Under the pieces are notes generated by a model that saw only the letters and a program-made list of their open reading frames with translations, was not told the origin of the DNA and did not search any database. A program made the position numbers and the translations under genes. A stretch of DNA of 64,000 bases. It comes from an uncultured delta proteobacterium. Lineage in GTDB: Bacteria; Desulfobacterota; Desulfobacteria; Desulfobacterales; QNYZ01. The first letter of the stretch is position 1. Every line of letters begins with the position of its first letter. Below are positions 40,450 to 51,851 of the stretch, piece after piece. The stretch spans positions 288,001 through 352,000 of the forward strand of contig CAWJQU010000008.1 of the NCBI GenBank assembly GCA_963845145.1, given 5' to 3'.

Positions 40450-40591
40450 GAGCCAGTTTCAAAACGTCCCATTTTGTCCAATCTCTGCGTCAGGCTCAAA
40501 TTTTAATCCTCGAAATACCCAATGTATTCCTGTGGTTTAAATTTTCGCCTTCCTTGACCTTGAACAAACTGAAACGTTTTTAAATTGGCTC
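40450..40591. mobile_element. MITE (~142 bp)
   Basis: TIR GAGCCAGTTTCAAAACGT / ACGTTTTTAAATTGGCTC; GGTT on both flanks (possible TSD); central AATAC-N5-GTATT. Confidence 0.78.
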
Positions 40592-40602
40592 GGTTGTTTG
40601 GT

Positions 40603-41269
40603 TTATTTTTTAAGCTTTCTCCCCACCACCGAGGTACCCAACAATCCGACGCCCAGAAGAAGCATGGTTGCCGGTTCGGGAACCGGTGTTGCAGGATTTC
40701 GTCCCGTATCATCTGTGATCGTTTCATTTCTAAAAATTTCCAGGACGGCCACAACTCTTTGGTTGCCGATCCTGCCTCTAATCCGCGATCCTTCTACCAC
40801 TTGATCAAAGGCAGCATTGACCCAACCGTTGGCCTGATAGAGGTCCCAGAGGCCTTCATTTTGCCAATTCCGATAAATCGTCCGCCACCCTCTTCTACCG
40901 GTTGTATCCTTTGCCATCGCTTTGGCGGCTTTTTTCAGGGCCCTGTCCTTCTTTCGCTCGATCCATTTGTCGAATGATTCCGATGTATCTACAGACCAGA
41001 CCCCGGGATTATCGATACCCCAGATTTAAATCTGAGATGTCGATCCGACCGGGAGCGGCCAAGCCAGAACGGTTAAATTCTCTTCCCATTATCTGATCAC
41101 CATTTGAAAATCCCTGATCAGATTCGTTGGCAATAATAAAAAAGTCACCTTCTATCAGATTATGCCATCCAAGGGTTATTTCTATAGGCGCGGCCATCGC
41201 ATTGCCCGAAACCAAAACAAATATCAATAAGCTGGTCGTAACACCCATTGTAAAAAATTTCTTAATCAT
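40603..41269 (-). CDS. PEP-CTERM sorting domain protein, one frameshift
   Basis: Signal peptide ending NAMA; C-terminal PVPEPATMLLLGVGLLG..RKLKK; removing one G at 41018-41021 restores LNLGIDNPGVW.. Confidence 0.85.
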
Positions 41270-41318
41270 TTTCTCCTCCTCAAAGTGAGGGTAAAATTAT
41301 TGCTAAAGCTAAAACGAC

Positions 41319-41334
41319 GCAATGATCATGCCAA
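41319..41334 (-). promoter_or_regulatory. Sigma54 (-24/-12) promoter of the PEP-CTERM gene
   Basis: TTGGCATGATCATTGC with exact GG-N10-GC spacing, 50 bp upstream of ATG. Confidence 0.8.
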
Positions 41335-41516
41335 TAAATGGTCTTTGTACAACAACCTGTAATTATAAGTATTTTATCCTTTGACAAATATTTATAGCAA
41401 TCACACACCTATTATATGGGAAATAATTTATCTAATAGTATAACCTATTTTACATAAAATATGCTGAACGTCATAACCAATTACCCGACCCAATGCGGCC
41501 GTTTACCGTTTAATGC

Positions 41517-41530
41517 TTGACTTAAGTCAA
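41517..41530. promoter_or_regulatory. Crp/Fnr-family (HcpR-like) binding site upstream of hcp
   Basis: Perfect palindrome TTGACTTAAGTCAA. Confidence 0.7.
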
Positions 41531-41656
41531 TGCACCTTTGGTCGAAGACGGACTAAAAGAGAATCAACAACAATTCATTTAGTGTCGTTAACTGAAACGG
41601 GCATGGGGCCCGAAATCGACGACACGTCAAATATACGGAAAGACGGGGGACTATTT

Positions 41657-43285
41657 ATGTTCTGTTTTCAATGTGAGCAAACGGCAAAAGGCGAAGGATG
41701 CGTTACCAAGGGCGTATGTGGAAAAACATCCGATGTGGCGGCCCTTCAGGATCTTTTGATTCATGCTCAAAAAGGTCTTTCGCTCATCGCGGCGGAAGGT
41801 CGCAAGGTGGGTGTTGTGGATTCGGAGGTAGACAAATTTTCCAACCAGGCGATTTTTGCCACCTTGACCAATGTGGACTTTGATCCGGATCGATTCGTCA
41901 CTTTGATTAATGACGCGGTTCGATTAAGGGAAGCCCTCAAGGAAAAAGTGAGTAGCGCGGGCGGAAAAATCGATTTCTCGGATGACGCGGCCAATTTTTC
42001 ACCGGCAGCCGATCGCGACCAATTGATTGGCCAGGGCCAAAAAGTGGCCATCGACGCCGACCCTGATTTTAATGCCGACCTCCGTGGGTTAAGAGAGCTT
42101 TTGATTTACGGCATTAAAGGGACGGCCGCCTACGCCGATCATGCCCGCATTATGGGCCAGGAAGATGATCAGATCTACGCCTACATTCATGAAGCCATGG
42201 CCGCCACCCTAAATCCGGACTTATCCGTCGATGATTATGTGGGTTTGGTTTTAAAATGTGGTGAAATAAATCTCCGTGCCATGGAGCTTCTCGATAAAGG
42301 GAACACAGACACCTACGGTCACCCGGTACCCACCAAGGTTCCACTGGGAGCCAAGGCCGGTAAGGCCATTTTGGTTTCAGGGCATGATTTAAAAGATCTG
42401 GGCCTCCTTCTGGAACAAACGGAAGGCAAAGGCATCAATATTTATACCCATGGCGAAATGCTCCCCTGCCACGGCTATCCCGAGCTGAAAAAATATGCCC
42501 ATTTTCATGGCCATTACGGCACCGCCTGGCAAAATCAGAAAAAAGAATTCGATGCATTTCCCGGCGCTATTCTGATGACGACCAACTGCATTCAAAAACC
42601 GAAAGAGTCGTATCAGGACCATATTTTTACAACCGGTCTGGTCGGATGGCCCGGCGTTACCCATATTGCCGGCAAAGATTTTTCACAGGTTATCGACAAG
42701 GCCCTGGAAATGCAGGGTTTCACCGAAGATACACCTGGCAAGGAAGTGATGGTCGGTTTCGGCCATAACGCCGTTCTAGGCGTCGCGCCTCAGGTCATTG
42801 AGGCGGTTAAAAATAAGGCCATCCGTCACTTCTTCCTCGTGGGCGGATGCGACGGAGCCAAACCCGGGCGGGATTATTATACCCAATTCGTGGAGCAAGT
42901 TCCCAAGGATTGTATTGTCCTGACCCTTGCCTGCGGAAAATTCCGCTTTTTTGACCAAGACTTGGGTGATATCGGCGGAATTCCACGACTGCTTGATGTG
43001 GGGCAGTGCAACGATGCTTTTTCGGCCATCAAAATCGCTTCGGCCCTGGCCGGCGCTTTCGAATGCGGTGTCAACGACCTGCCGTTATCCATGATTCTTT
43101 CCTGGTATGAGCAGAAGGCCTGTTCCATCCTGTTGAGCCTGCTGCATCTGGGGATCAAAGATATTCGTTTGGGGCCCAGCCTGCCGGCATTCATCACCCC
43201 CAACGTCCTTGACGTACTGGTGAAGAATTTCAATATTATGCCCATCGGCACACCAGAGGACGACCTGAAAGCGATCCTGGGATAA
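41657..43285 (+). CDS. hcp: Hybrid cluster protein (hydroxylamine/NO reductase)
   Basis: MFCFQCEQT..GC...GVCGK, SGHDL, YTHGEMLP, GGCDG, GQCND, SWYEQKA. Confidence 0.97.
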   Translation: MFCFQCEQTAKGEGCVTKGVCGKTSDVAALQDLLIHAQKGLSLIAAEGRKVGVVDSEVDKFSNQAIFATLTNVDFDPDRFVTLINDAVRLREALKEKVSSAGGKIDFSDDAANFSPAADRDQLIGQGQKVAIDADPDFNADLRGLRELLIYGIKGTAAYADHARIMGQEDDQIYAYIHEAMAATLNPDLSVDDYVGLVLKCGEINLRAMELLDKGNTDTYGHPVPTKVPLGAKAGKAILVSGHDLKDLGLLLEQTEGKGINIYTHGEMLPCHGYPELKKYAHFHGHYGTAWQNQKKEFDAFPGAILMTTNCIQKPKESYQDHIFTTGLVGWPGVTHIAGKDFSQVIDKALEMQGFTEDTPGKEVMVGFGHNAVLGVAPQVIEAVKNKAIRHFFLVGGCDGAKPGRDYYTQFVEQVPKDCIVLTLACGKFRFFDQDLGDIGGIPRLLDVGQCNDAFSAIKIASALAGAFECGVNDLPLSMILSWYEQKACSILLSLLHLGIKDIRLGPSLPAFITPNVLDVLVKNFNIMPIGTPEDDLKAILG

Positions 43286-43290
43286 GTGCA

Positions 43291-43364
43291 GTTGACGATT
43301 GGCGATTGAAGATGGAGTGAAATTGCATTTTTTGTTCGATCAACGTCCATCGACAATCGTCAAT
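43291..43364. repeat. Inverted array of 7-bp units
   Basis: TTGACGA TTGGCGA TTGAAGA TGGA ... TCCA TCGACAA TCGTCAA. Confidence 0.65.
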
Positions 43365-43388
43365 TAACAATGCCAAGGGAGAAAGCCA

Positions 43389-44129
43389 ATGAAATGTCCG
43401 GGACAAGATACCCAATATTGGGACCAAGAGGCGATTTTCGAAGCCAAATGCCCCGAATGCAAACATGTGGTCGAGTTTTTCAAAGACGATACCACACGCA
43501 AATGCGGAAAATGCGGGCATCGTTTTGTTAACCCCAAAATGGATTTTGGCTGTGCCGCCTATTGTCAGTATGCCGACCAGTGCGTGGGCGATCTGCCGCC
43601 GGAATTATTGGCCCAGAAGGAAGACCTGTTAAAAGACCGGGTTGCTGTCGAGATGAAGCGCTACTTTAAAACCGATTTTAAACGAATCGGACACGCCACT
43701 CGCGTCGCCCGTTACGCAGAGCGAATTGGTAAGGCCGAAGGTGCCAACATGGCCGTTGTGCTATCTGCCGCATACCTGCACGATATCGGGATTCAGGCTG
43801 CGGAAGAGAAGCACGGCAGCACGTCCGGAAGTCTGCAGGAGCAGGAAGGGCCACCTATCGCCCAGGCCATTTTGGAAAAGCTAAATGCCCCGGAGGAATT
43901 GATTGTCGAAGTCTGCGATATTGTCGCGCATCACCACCATCCCCGTGAAAACGACACCTTGAATTTCAGGGTGCTTTACGATGCGGATACCATCGAAAAT
44001 TTAGACGAAAAGCGCCAAAATTCGTCGATAGATAAAGATCGTCTATCTCAAATCATTGAAAAATCGATATTTACTAAATCAGGTAAAGCCGAGGCAAAAA
44101 AACTGTTTCTTGAAACACAACCAGCCTGA
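43389..44129 (+). CDS. HD-domain phosphohydrolase with N-terminal Cys-rich domain
   Basis: MKCPG, CPEC, CGKC, GCAAYC...C; H..RV, LHDIG, HHH, YDAD. Confidence 0.85.
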   Translation: MKCPGQDTQYWDQEAIFEAKCPECKHVVEFFKDDTTRKCGKCGHRFVNPKMDFGCAAYCQYADQCVGDLPPELLAQKEDLLKDRVAVEMKRYFKTDFKRIGHATRVARYAERIGKAEGANMAVVLSAAYLHDIGIQAAEEKHGSTSGSLQEQEGPPIAQAILEKLNAPEELIVEVCDIVAHHHHPRENDTLNFRVLYDADTIENLDEKRQNSSIDKDRLSQIIEKSIFTKSGKAEAKKLFLETQPA

Positions 44130-44145
44130 AATGGAGGCATCACCC

Positions 44146-44922
44146 ATGAAAGTGACTAGAAAAATAATAAAAATCGACGATGAATTATGCGACGGGTGTG
44201 GTAACTGCGTTACCGGGTGTGCCGAAGGTGCCCTGGCTATCATCGATGAAAAAGCCCGCGTTGTGGCCGATAAATTTTGTGACGGCCTGGGCGCGTGTAT
44301 CGGCGAATGCCCCACCGGCGCTCTGACGATTATCGAAAGAGAGGCGGACGAGTTCGATGAAGAAGCTGTTGAAGCCCATCTCGCCACTCAGACGGAACAG
44401 GCGACGGGTGAGAATCAGCACCCGGCGGGATGTCCCTCGGCCAAATTCGATATGCATGAGCCTGAATCACCCTGCCAGTGCGCCAATCAGGCGGTGGCGT
44501 TCGATGCGGACCAAAGCCCGGATAAAGCGCCGGATCAGCCCTCGGCACTGTCCCATTGGCCGGTGCAAATTCGCCTGGTGCCACCCAATGCACCTTTCTT
44601 AAAAGGTGCCAGTCTCCTGGTCGTAGCCGATTGCGGCCCATTGTCATACCCTAACTTTCATCGTGATTTTTTAAAGGGCAAGGCCGTGATGATGGGGTGC
44701 CCCAAGTTCGACGAAGTGGATGCGTATATCGATAAATTTGCCCAGATTGCCACCGTATCCGGCGTGAAAGATATCACGACGGTGATCATGGAAGTCCCCT
44801 GCTGTTCGGGTTTACCCATGATTGTTCGAAAGGGGATGGAAAAAGCCGGAAAGGCAATTCCCATGGAGGAAGTTGTGATCAGTACACGCGGGAAAATCCT
44901 GGAAAGAAGGAAGGTGGCCTAG
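44146..44922 (+). CDS. 4Fe-4S ferredoxin-domain protein (hcp-associated type)
   Basis: CDGCGNC...C, CDGLGACIGECP, WPVQ, GCPK.D, MEVPCC; GGAGG RBS. Confidence 0.9.
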   Translation: MKVTRKIIKIDDELCDGCGNCVTGCAEGALAIIDEKARVVADKFCDGLGACIGECPTGALTIIEREADEFDEEAVEAHLATQTEQATGENQHPAGCPSAKFDMHEPESPCQCANQAVAFDADQSPDKAPDQPSALSHWPVQIRLVPPNAPFLKGASLLVVADCGPLSYPNFHRDFLKGKAVMMGCPKFDEVDAYIDKFAQIATVSGVKDITTVIMEVPCCSGLPMIVRKGMEKAGKAIPMEEVVISTRGKILERRKVA

Positions 44923-44925
44923 GTG

Positions 44926-44997
44926 GTTTACCGGTTGGCCCGTTAACCCGTTTACCCGTCGACCAGCAAACCGGTGAACCGGCTAACGGGCCAACCG
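44926..44997. repeat. Inverted array of 8-bp units between convergent genes
   Basis: GTTTACCG GTTGGCCC GTTAACCC GTTTACCC ... AAACCGGT GAACCGGC TAACGGGC CAACCG. Confidence 0.65.
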
Positions 44998-45792
44998 AAT
45001 AAAATCCCCGTCGGTCAGAATCTCGGCGAATCTGGCACCGCCAACGCTTCGTTGCTTGTATAGAGAAATACATCCCCTGATGGTCTCAAGAACCTCCGCT
45101 TCGGTGAAAATACCGGGAAGTTCCCGGGCCAACTGCGGGTGTCGGCCCAGTTTGCCGCCCAGTTGCACCCGATAGCCGGTTTCTCCCTTTGTCAGCCTTC
45201 CAGTGGGACATACAGCCATACACTGGCCGCAGTAAAGACATCGCCGCCCATCAATCACCGGCCCATCGCCATTTTTCAATAATTTGACCGCACCCTCCTT
45301 GCAGGCCGTTACACAAGCCTCACATTCGGTACATTCTGAATCCGTGATAGAGGGACCAGCAGCGCCAATAATACCAATATCTTTAATTTGAGGCTGGGAG
45401 CAGGCATTGGGACAATCGGCCAGAGATACCCGAAATTCATGATGGAACTTTAGGCCCCCTGCGACCGACCCCTTCAAAAACTGCAAAAGGTCCGCCTCTT
45501 GGAAAATGGCATCGATCTTTTCAAACAGATCGTCGGAAATAATCGCACGGTTAGGACACCCCGAGGAACCAAAACAACGATTCACCTGGTAGCCTTTAAT
45601 CTCATGGTTTTTTTTGCGTAAAAACTTTTCCTGAGTTGCCTTGGCCTGCGTCGCCTCGACATCCGCCAGGGTAATGTAATCTTTACCCTCACCGGCGGCC
45701 TCTTTTTCCACATGCGCGCGGACCCGTTTTCGCACAAATAGAGGCACCTTTTTAACCGCTGCTTCTGCTTCGTTCGACCATCGCATCGACAC
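44983..45792 (-). CDS. Nitrite/sulfite reductase-like 4Fe-4S protein with PCP_red-like N-terminus
   Basis: W..EAE...KKVPLFVRKRVR; CFG..GC; ADCPNACSQP...DIGIIG; two ferredoxin motifs; GGKLGRHP. Confidence 0.8.
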   Translation of the reverse strand: MSMRWSNEAEAAVKKVPLFVRKRVRAHVEKEAAGEGKDYITLADVEATQAKATQEKFLRKKNHEIKGYQVNRCFGSSGCPNRAIISDDLFEKIDAIFQEADLLQFLKGSVAGGLKFHHEFRVSLADCPNACSQPQIKDIGIIGAAGPSITDSECTECEACVTACKEGAVKLLKNGDGPVIDGRRCLYCGQCMAVCPTGRLTKGETGYRVQLGGKLGRHPQLARELPGIFTEAEVLETIRGCISLYKQRSVGGARFAEILTDGDFIRLAR

Positions 45793-45977
45793 ATCAACTC
45801 CTCTCTAACCTGAAACAATAACCCCCATTTGAAGTAATGCAAGTAGATCCCATTTTACCTTCAACCGTCATTACTTGTGCTTGACAGTTTTACGGTCTGT
45901 TCTTATGATGCAGGCGACCTTGACGCATATTACCACTTCGCACCTTTTCTCACACCCCAACCGTTAGGAGAGATGCA

Positions 45978-47360
45978 ATGATGAAACAATCGATTATCCT
46001 GTTACTTTTGGGAGCCCTTTTTGGGGGTTCTATTTCGGTCCCTCCCCCTGCCCTGGGAGCCGACAGTACCACCCGGCGGTCGTCGCTCAATATCGAACAA
46101 GCCATTAAGGCCGCCCTTGTGAACAATCCCATGATAGCGATGGCCCAAGCCCGGGTGGCGGCCGCTGATAACCGCAAGGGTCAGGCCCGGTCAGGATTTT
46201 TACCCCAGGTTGATTTGAATGGATCATTTCAACGGACCACCAACCCCATGTGGGCTTTCGGCACCAAGTTAAACCAGGGCGCTATTGAGCCGGCCGATTT
46301 TACCCCGGACAGCCTCAACGAACCAGATCCGATAAACAATTTCGGAGGTGATGTTTCCCTGGGGTGGACCCTCTATAACGGTGGACAAATCCAGATCGGT
46401 CGTAAGCAGGCGGCCTTGGGAAAGGAAATTGCCGAACTCAATCTAACCCGCACCCGTCAGCAGGTGATCTCTCAAACCGCTATCTCCTATGCGGGCCTGC
46501 TGCTTGCCGGAGAAAACCTGAAGGTCGTCCAGCAGACACTTGATACGGCTCAGGCGAACCTGAAAATGGTGGAATCCACTTTCAAAGCCGGGGTTTCAAT
46601 CAAAAGCGACGTGTTAAGAGCCCAGGTACGGATCGCCAAACTGGCGCAATTGCTGGCCCTGGCCGAAAGCCAGGTGGAAACCGCCTGGGCCCGTTTAAAC
46701 ACGGTCATGGGAGCCATGACCAATGATCGCTACGAACTGGCCAGTTCGCTGGTACCTGGCCAAAAAATGGACGAGGCTTTGTCGGTCTGGATTTACAGCG
46801 CCCTGCATCACCGCCCCGATTTAAAAGGGATGCGTTTGCAACATGAAGTCGCGGCAAAAGAGGTCCAAAAAGCGCGGGGGGCCCACTTGCCGGCCATCAA
46901 TCTCAAAGGTAAGTATGAAATCAATACAGAAGATTTTGACGATACGGCCGATAATTACATGCTGGCGGCCGGCTTGCGCATCAATCTTTTTTCCGGCCTT
47001 CGTTTGACGGCCCGGGAAGCGGAAGCAAGATCGTTACTGGCAGCCACCAAAGCCCAGGAATATCAGACCATCCTCAACGTTCGACTCGAAACCGAGAGTG
47101 CCTTTCAACAAGCCAAAAGCGCTCTATTGAGCATCGATGTTTCCCGGGTGGCCGTCACCCAAGCCGAAGAAACACTGCGGATTATCACCAATCGGTATAA
47201 TAGCGGACTTGTTACCATCGTGAGTTTACTGGATGCGGAAGTCGCCCTGCAGCAAGCGCGCATGAATCATTTCAATCGCCTGCACGATTATAAAGTAGCC
47301 ATGATAAGCCTGATGTTGTCGGCCGGCACCATTGATCAACAAATATCGAAATTATTGTAA
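45978..47360 (+). CDS. TolC family outer membrane protein
   Basis: Signal peptide, two OEP repeats (FLPQVDL, HLPAINL), first gene of RND operon. Confidence 0.88.
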   Translation: MMKQSIILLLLGALFGGSISVPPPALGADSTTRRSSLNIEQAIKAALVNNPMIAMAQARVAAADNRKGQARSGFLPQVDLNGSFQRTTNPMWAFGTKLNQGAIEPADFTPDSLNEPDPINNFGGDVSLGWTLYNGGQIQIGRKQAALGKEIAELNLTRTRQQVISQTAISYAGLLLAGENLKVVQQTLDTAQANLKMVESTFKAGVSIKSDVLRAQVRIAKLAQLLALAESQVETAWARLNTVMGAMTNDRYELASSLVPGQKMDEALSVWIYSALHHRPDLKGMRLQHEVAAKEVQKARGAHLPAINLKGKYEINTEDFDDTADNYMLAAGLRINLFSGLRLTAREAEARSLLAATKAQEYQTILNVRLETESAFQQAKSALLSIDVSRVAVTQAEETLRIITNRYNSGLVTIVSLLDAEVALQQARMNHFNRLHDYKVAMISLMLSAGTIDQQISKLL

Positions 47361-47413
47361 CGAATGGCTTCAATCTGTCTCCTAATCATTTACAAGGTCA
47401 AATAACCCGCGGA

Positions 47414-48586
47414 GTGAATATGCAACCCAATCGTTTTAAAATGATCGGATTAGGCGTCGTATTTGTTTTGATGACCGCTTGCGGTGAGAAGATCGAGCCG
47501 GGAAATACCAAAACCTTCTCGACCGGTAAAGTGCATGCGGCGGTAGGAACAGCGGCGATTGCCAATCAGTCTTTCAGTTATACGGCCGTTGGTACGGTGG
47601 AAGCGCGCAGCAGCAGCACCATTTCCAGCACCCTGATGGGGACGATTCAAGCGATCAACGTCAGGGAAGGCGACCGGGTTAAAAAAGACGAAGTGCTGGT
47701 GATTATCGACGACCGGCAGGTATCCGCCGGATTTGATCAGGCCGAGGCAGGCCTGGCAGAAGCCAGGCGGGCACTTCAGGCAGCGGAAGCTGCAAGGGAA
47801 GGAGCCAAGGCCGATGCCACCCTGGCCGAGTCAACGTACAATCGTTATAAACGTCTTCATGCCGAAGAGTCGATCAGCCGACAGGAATTCGATGAAGTCA
47901 ATACGCGCTATAAAAAGGCGACCAATGGTCTGACCCAGGCCGAAGCCATGGTTGCCGCAGCCACCCACCGGATCAATCGGGCCAAAGCTGCGGCGATGTC
48001 TGCTCGAATCAGCAAAAAGGATGTCGAAGTGCGTGCCCCTTACGATGGTCTCGTTACTTTGAAAATGGCCAATGTCGGTGATTTGGCATCGCCGGGAACC
48101 CCATTCTTAACTTTGGAAGGCGGCCGCGGCTACCAAGTCAAACTGATCCTGCCGGAAGTTTACATCGGAACGATCCATACCGGGCAGGCATTGCCCGTCA
48201 GCATCCCATCACTTGCCCGCCTTAAGCTAAACGGCACCATCGAAACCATTTCAACGGGTGCCGACCAACTCACCCGATCGTTTTACGTTAAGGTGGTATT
48301 GCCAGAGGACCCAAGTTTACGTTCGGGCATGTTTGCCCGCGTGGCCATCCCTGTCAGCCAAACCGGTATGATCACCCTTCCCCGCACGGCTGTGATTGAA
48401 CGGGGACAACTATCCGGATTTTATTGGATCGATCAAGAAAACATCGCTCATTTCAGGTTGCTTCGCACCGGACGTACCCTGGATGACCGGGTCGAAGTCG
48501 TATCCGGATTAAAGGCCGGGGATCGATACATCGTCGATCCCAAGCCAGACATAGCGGATGGCGTAACGGTTGAGGCTGCCTCATGA
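47414..48586 (+). CDS. RND efflux membrane fusion lipoprotein
   Basis: MTAC lipobox, [23 protein letters not shown]. Confidence 0.9.
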   Translation: MNMQPNRFKMIGLGVVFVLMTACGEKIEPGNTKTFSTGKVHAAVGTAAIANQSFSYTAVGTVEARSSSTISSTLMGTIQAINVREGDRVKKDEVLVIIDDRQVSAGFDQAEAGLAEARRALQAAEAAREGAKADATLAESTYNRYKRLHAEESISRQEFDEVNTRYKKATNGLTQAEAMVAAATHRINRAKAAAMSARISKKDVEVRAPYDGLVTLKMANVGDLASPGTPFLTLEGGRGYQVKLILPEVYIGTIHTGQALPVSIPSLARLKLNGTIETISTGADQLTRSFYVKVVLPEDPSLRSGMFARVAIPVSQTGMITLPRTAVIERGQLSGFYWIDQENIAHFRLLRTGRTLDDRVEVVSGLKAGDRYIVDPKPDIADGVTVEAAS

Positions 48587-51500
48587 CCACTTTCAACGCC
48601 GGTCCCGCGGGCAAGATTGCGCATTTTTTTATCGATTCCAAGTTGACGCCTCTGGTCATCATCGCTTCAATCCTTTTGGGTATCGCGGCGGTCATTGCCC
48701 TTCCCCGGGAAGAGGAACCCCAGATCATTGTTCCGATGATCGATGTTTTCGTCCAAATGCCCGGTGCCAGTGCCAAGGAAGTGGAAGAGAGAGTGACCCG
48801 GCCCATGGAAAAACTGCTGTGGGAAATTCCCGGTGTCGAATATGTCTACTCAACTTCCAGTCCCGGCATGAGTATGGCCGTTATTCGGTTTTTTGTGGGT
48901 GAGAATGAAGAAGAAGCCATCGTTCGGCTGCAGGCAAAACTAACGGCCAACTACGACCGCATTCCCTGGCAGGTCACTCCTCCTTTGATCAAACCCCGTT
49001 ATATTGATGATGTACCGATTCTAGCCCTGACTTTCTGGAGCGATAGTGAAGATCATTACACCCTGCGCCGCGTGGCTGCGGAAGTTGAAAACCTTATCAA
49101 ACGTGAAAAAAATATTTCCATAACCACCCTTATCGGTGGTGCCTCCCGGCAGGTCACCATTCAGCTCGATCCGGTACGCCTCTCCGCCTTCAACCTCGAT
49201 CCTCAAATGGTTGCTCAGCGGTTGAGTGGCGCAAATCAAGCCGCCGATGCCGGCACCTACCCATCTATAGAAGGTCAAATTGTTGTCCATACGGGAAACT
49301 TTTTAAGTGATCTGGACGATGTTCGCCGGGTGGTGGTGGGGGCCCATAAAGGCCACCCTGTCTATATCCGCGATATTGCCGAAGTCCTGGATGGCCCTGG
49401 GGAACCGACGAACTATGTTTTTTTTGGGACGGGTCCGGCCGCTGAAGAAAAGGGCATAACCCCGGCAGCAGCAGACGAAGCCGTTTTTCCCGCCATCACC
49501 CTAACCGTTGCCAAACGGAAAGGGACCAACGCCGTATCTGTGGCCGAAAAAGTATTGGCGCGTCTTGAGGATGGCAAAGGGACCATCATTCCAGATAATA
49601 TCCATATGACCACGACCCGCCACTATGGCGAAACGGCCGAAGAGAAGTCCAACGAACTGCTTTATCACATGGCAATCGCCGTCATATCGGTTACAATTTT
49701 AATCATGCTGACCCTTGGATTTCGGGAATCGGGGGTTGTGGCTTTGGCGATCCCGGTTACCCTGGCGCTGACCCTGACGGTCTTCTACCTTTATGGCTAT
49801 ACCCTCAACCGGATTACGCTGTTTGCCCTGATATTTTCCATCGGCATTCTAGTCGATGATGCCATCGTGGTGGTGGAAAATATTGTGCGGCACCTGCGAC
49901 TGCCGCAAAATATCAATCGTTCCCGTTCCAGGGTGGCCGTTGAAGCCGTCGCCGAGGTAGGCAATCCCACGATCCTGGCAACCCTGACTGTTATCGCCGC
50001 CATCTTGCCCATGGCGTTTGTGGGTGGCTTGATGGGGCCTTATATGCGCCCTATTCCCATCGGTGCCTCGGCAGCCATGATTTTCTCCATGCTGGTGGCA
50101 TTTATCGTGACCCCCTGGGCATCCATGCGGCTGCTTCACCACAAAAAAAAAGAACCGGGGACAAAGGGTGCTCCGGAAGGGGAAAAAGAGGGCTGGGACA
50201 AACGCCTGTATCGAAAGGTCATGAATCCCCTGATACACAACGGATTCTGGAAATGGTCTTTTCTGGGTATGGTCGTCATTATGTTAGTGGCCGCGTGCAC
50301 ATTGGTGGGCATCGGGCTGGTGAGGGTCAAGATGTTGCCCTTTGACAATAAAAGCGAATTTCAGGTGATCATTGATATGCCCGAAGGGGCCACCCTGGAG
50401 GAAACCTCGGCCGCGGCCATGGAGATGGGCCGTTACCTTAAAACCGTCAATGAAGTCACCGATTTCCAAATCTATACCGGCACCGCCGGCCCGTTTAATT
50501 TTAACGGGCTGGTGCGACACTACGATCTACGCCAGGCCCCGTTCATGGCGGATATTCAGGTCAACCTGGCTGCCAAGCACCATCGCCGGGACCAAAGCCA
50601 TGCCATTGCCAAACGCGTACGGCCGCCTTTAAAAACAATTGCCGAGCGATACGGCGCCAAGGTTAAAATAGCCGAAGTTCCCCCCGGTCCGCCGGTTCTG
50701 TCTACCCTGGTGGCTGAAGTGTACGGACCAGATTATCAGCGCCGGCAGGAAATCGCAAAAAAGATCCGTACCATCTTTGAGGAAACCGATGGTGTTGTGG
50801 ACGTGGACTGGTATATGGAGGAAGATCATCCCCGCTATCAGCTGGAAATCGACCAGGAAAAAGCCGCGCTGCATGGCATCAGTGTCGCCCAGATCACCCA
50901 AACGTTACAGATGGCGCTCTCCGGACACAAGGTGGGCCTGTTGCATCAGGTCAAAGAAAAAGAAGATGTCCCCATTGTTTTACGGTTACCGCTGGAAGCC
51001 CGCGCGGGAATTGACCGGCTGAATACCATTAAAATCAGTGCCCCCGACGGAAGCCAGGTGCCGCTGTCGGCCTTAACCTTCGGCCGCCGTACCGAACCCG
51101 ACCGAAGCATTTATCATAAAAATCTAATGCCTGTTGTCTATGTGACCGGTGATGTTGCCGGCGCCAAGGAGAGTCCCGTTTACGCTATTTTAGAGATGCA
51201 AAAAACGGTCGCTGCGCTTGATTTGCCCGAAGGGTACCAAATTGATCAGCATACGGCGGCCCTGCCCGAAAGCGATCAGCGTTACGCCATGAAATGGGAT
51301 GGCGAATGGCATATCACCTATGAAGTTTTCAGAGACATGGGCATTGCCTTTGCTGTTGTCATGGTCCTGATTTTCGTATTGGTTGTGGGCTGGTTCCAAT
51401 CGTTTAGCACTCCGGTTACCATCATGGCGGCCATACCCTTTACGCTCATCGGCATTCTACCGGCCCACTGGGCCATGGGGGCTTTTTTCACGGCCACATC

Positions 51501-51843
51501 CATGATAGGCTTTATCGCCGGCGCCGGAATCGTGGTACGAAATTCCATCATTCTGGTCGATTTCATCGAATTGCGTTTGGCCGAAGGCATGCCTTTAGAC
51601 GAGGCAGTGGTGGATGCGGGTGCCGTTCGGTTTCGCCCAATGATGCTAACGGCGGCGGCCGTGGTCGTGGGGGCTTCGGTTATTCTGTTTGATCCCATTT
51701 TTCAGGGCCTGGCCATATCGCTCATGGCCGGCGAGGTCGCATCCCTTTTCTTTTCACGCATGACGGTGCCGATCCTCTACTATATGGATAAAAAGTGGGA
51801 AACGACCCATGGCCGGGAAAAATCAGAACAGCGTGCCGGTTAA
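48583..51843 (+). CDS. RND efflux permease
   Basis: [41 protein letters not shown]. Confidence 0.95.
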   Translation: MTTFNAGPAGKIAHFFIDSKLTPLVIIASILLGIAAVIALPREEEPQIIVPMIDVFVQMPGASAKEVEERVTRPMEKLLWEIPGVEYVYSTSSPGMSMAVIRFFVGENEEEAIVRLQAKLTANYDRIPWQVTPPLIKPRYIDDVPILALTFWSDSEDHYTLRRVAAEVENLIKREKNISITTLIGGASRQVTIQLDPVRLSAFNLDPQMVAQRLSGANQAADAGTYPSIEGQIVVHTGNFLSDLDDVRRVVVGAHKGHPVYIRDIAEVLDGPGEPTNYVFFGTGPAAEEKGITPAAADEAVFPAITLTVAKRKGTNAVSVAEKVLARLEDGKGTIIPDNIHMTTTRHYGETAEEKSNELLYHMAIAVISVTILIMLTLGFRESGVVALAIPVTLALTLTVFYLYGYTLNRITLFALIFSIGILVDDAIVVVENIVRHLRLPQNINRSRSRVAVEAVAEVGNPTILATLTVIAAILPMAFVGGLMGPYMRPIPIGASAAMIFSMLVAFIVTPWASMRLLHHKKKEPGTKGAPEGEKEGWDKRLYRKVMNPLIHNGFWKWSFLGMVVIMLVAACTLVGIGLVRVKMLPFDNKSEFQVIIDMPEGATLEETSAAAMEMGRYLKTVNEVTDFQIYTGTAGPFNFNGLVRHYDLRQAPFMADIQVNLAAKHHRRDQSHAIAKRVRPPLKTIAERYGAKVKIAEVPPGPPVLSTLVAEVYGPDYQRRQEIAKKIRTIFEETDGVVDVDWYMEEDHPRYQLEIDQEKAALHGISVAQITQTLQMALSGHKVGLLHQVKEKEDVPIVLRLPLEARAGIDRLNTIKISAPDGSQVPLSALTFGRRTEPDRSIYHKNLMPVVYVTGDVAGAKESPVYAILEMQKTVAALDLPEGYQIDQHTAALPESDQRYAMKWDGEWHITYEVFRDMGIAFAVVMVLIFVLVVGWFQSFSTPVTIMAAIPFTLIGILPAHWAMGAFFTATSMIGFIAGAGIVVRNSIILVDFIELRLAEGMPLDEAVVDAGAVRFRPMMLTAAAVVVGASVILFDPIFQGLAISLMAGEVASLFFSRMTVPILYYMDKKWETTHGREKSEQRAG

Positions 51844-51851
51844 CAGCCTAA

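Noticed and set aside
41513..41656. N-terminal extensions in the ORF track (hcp; likewise deaD, psd, MazF toxin, ferredoxin, PstS-like)
   Set aside because: Downstream starts match family N-termini or have better RBS; extensions run through regulatory or neighbouring sequence
17777..44997. Short repeat arrays as CRISPR
   Set aside because: Units are 7-8 bp with no unique spacers, and there are no cas genes
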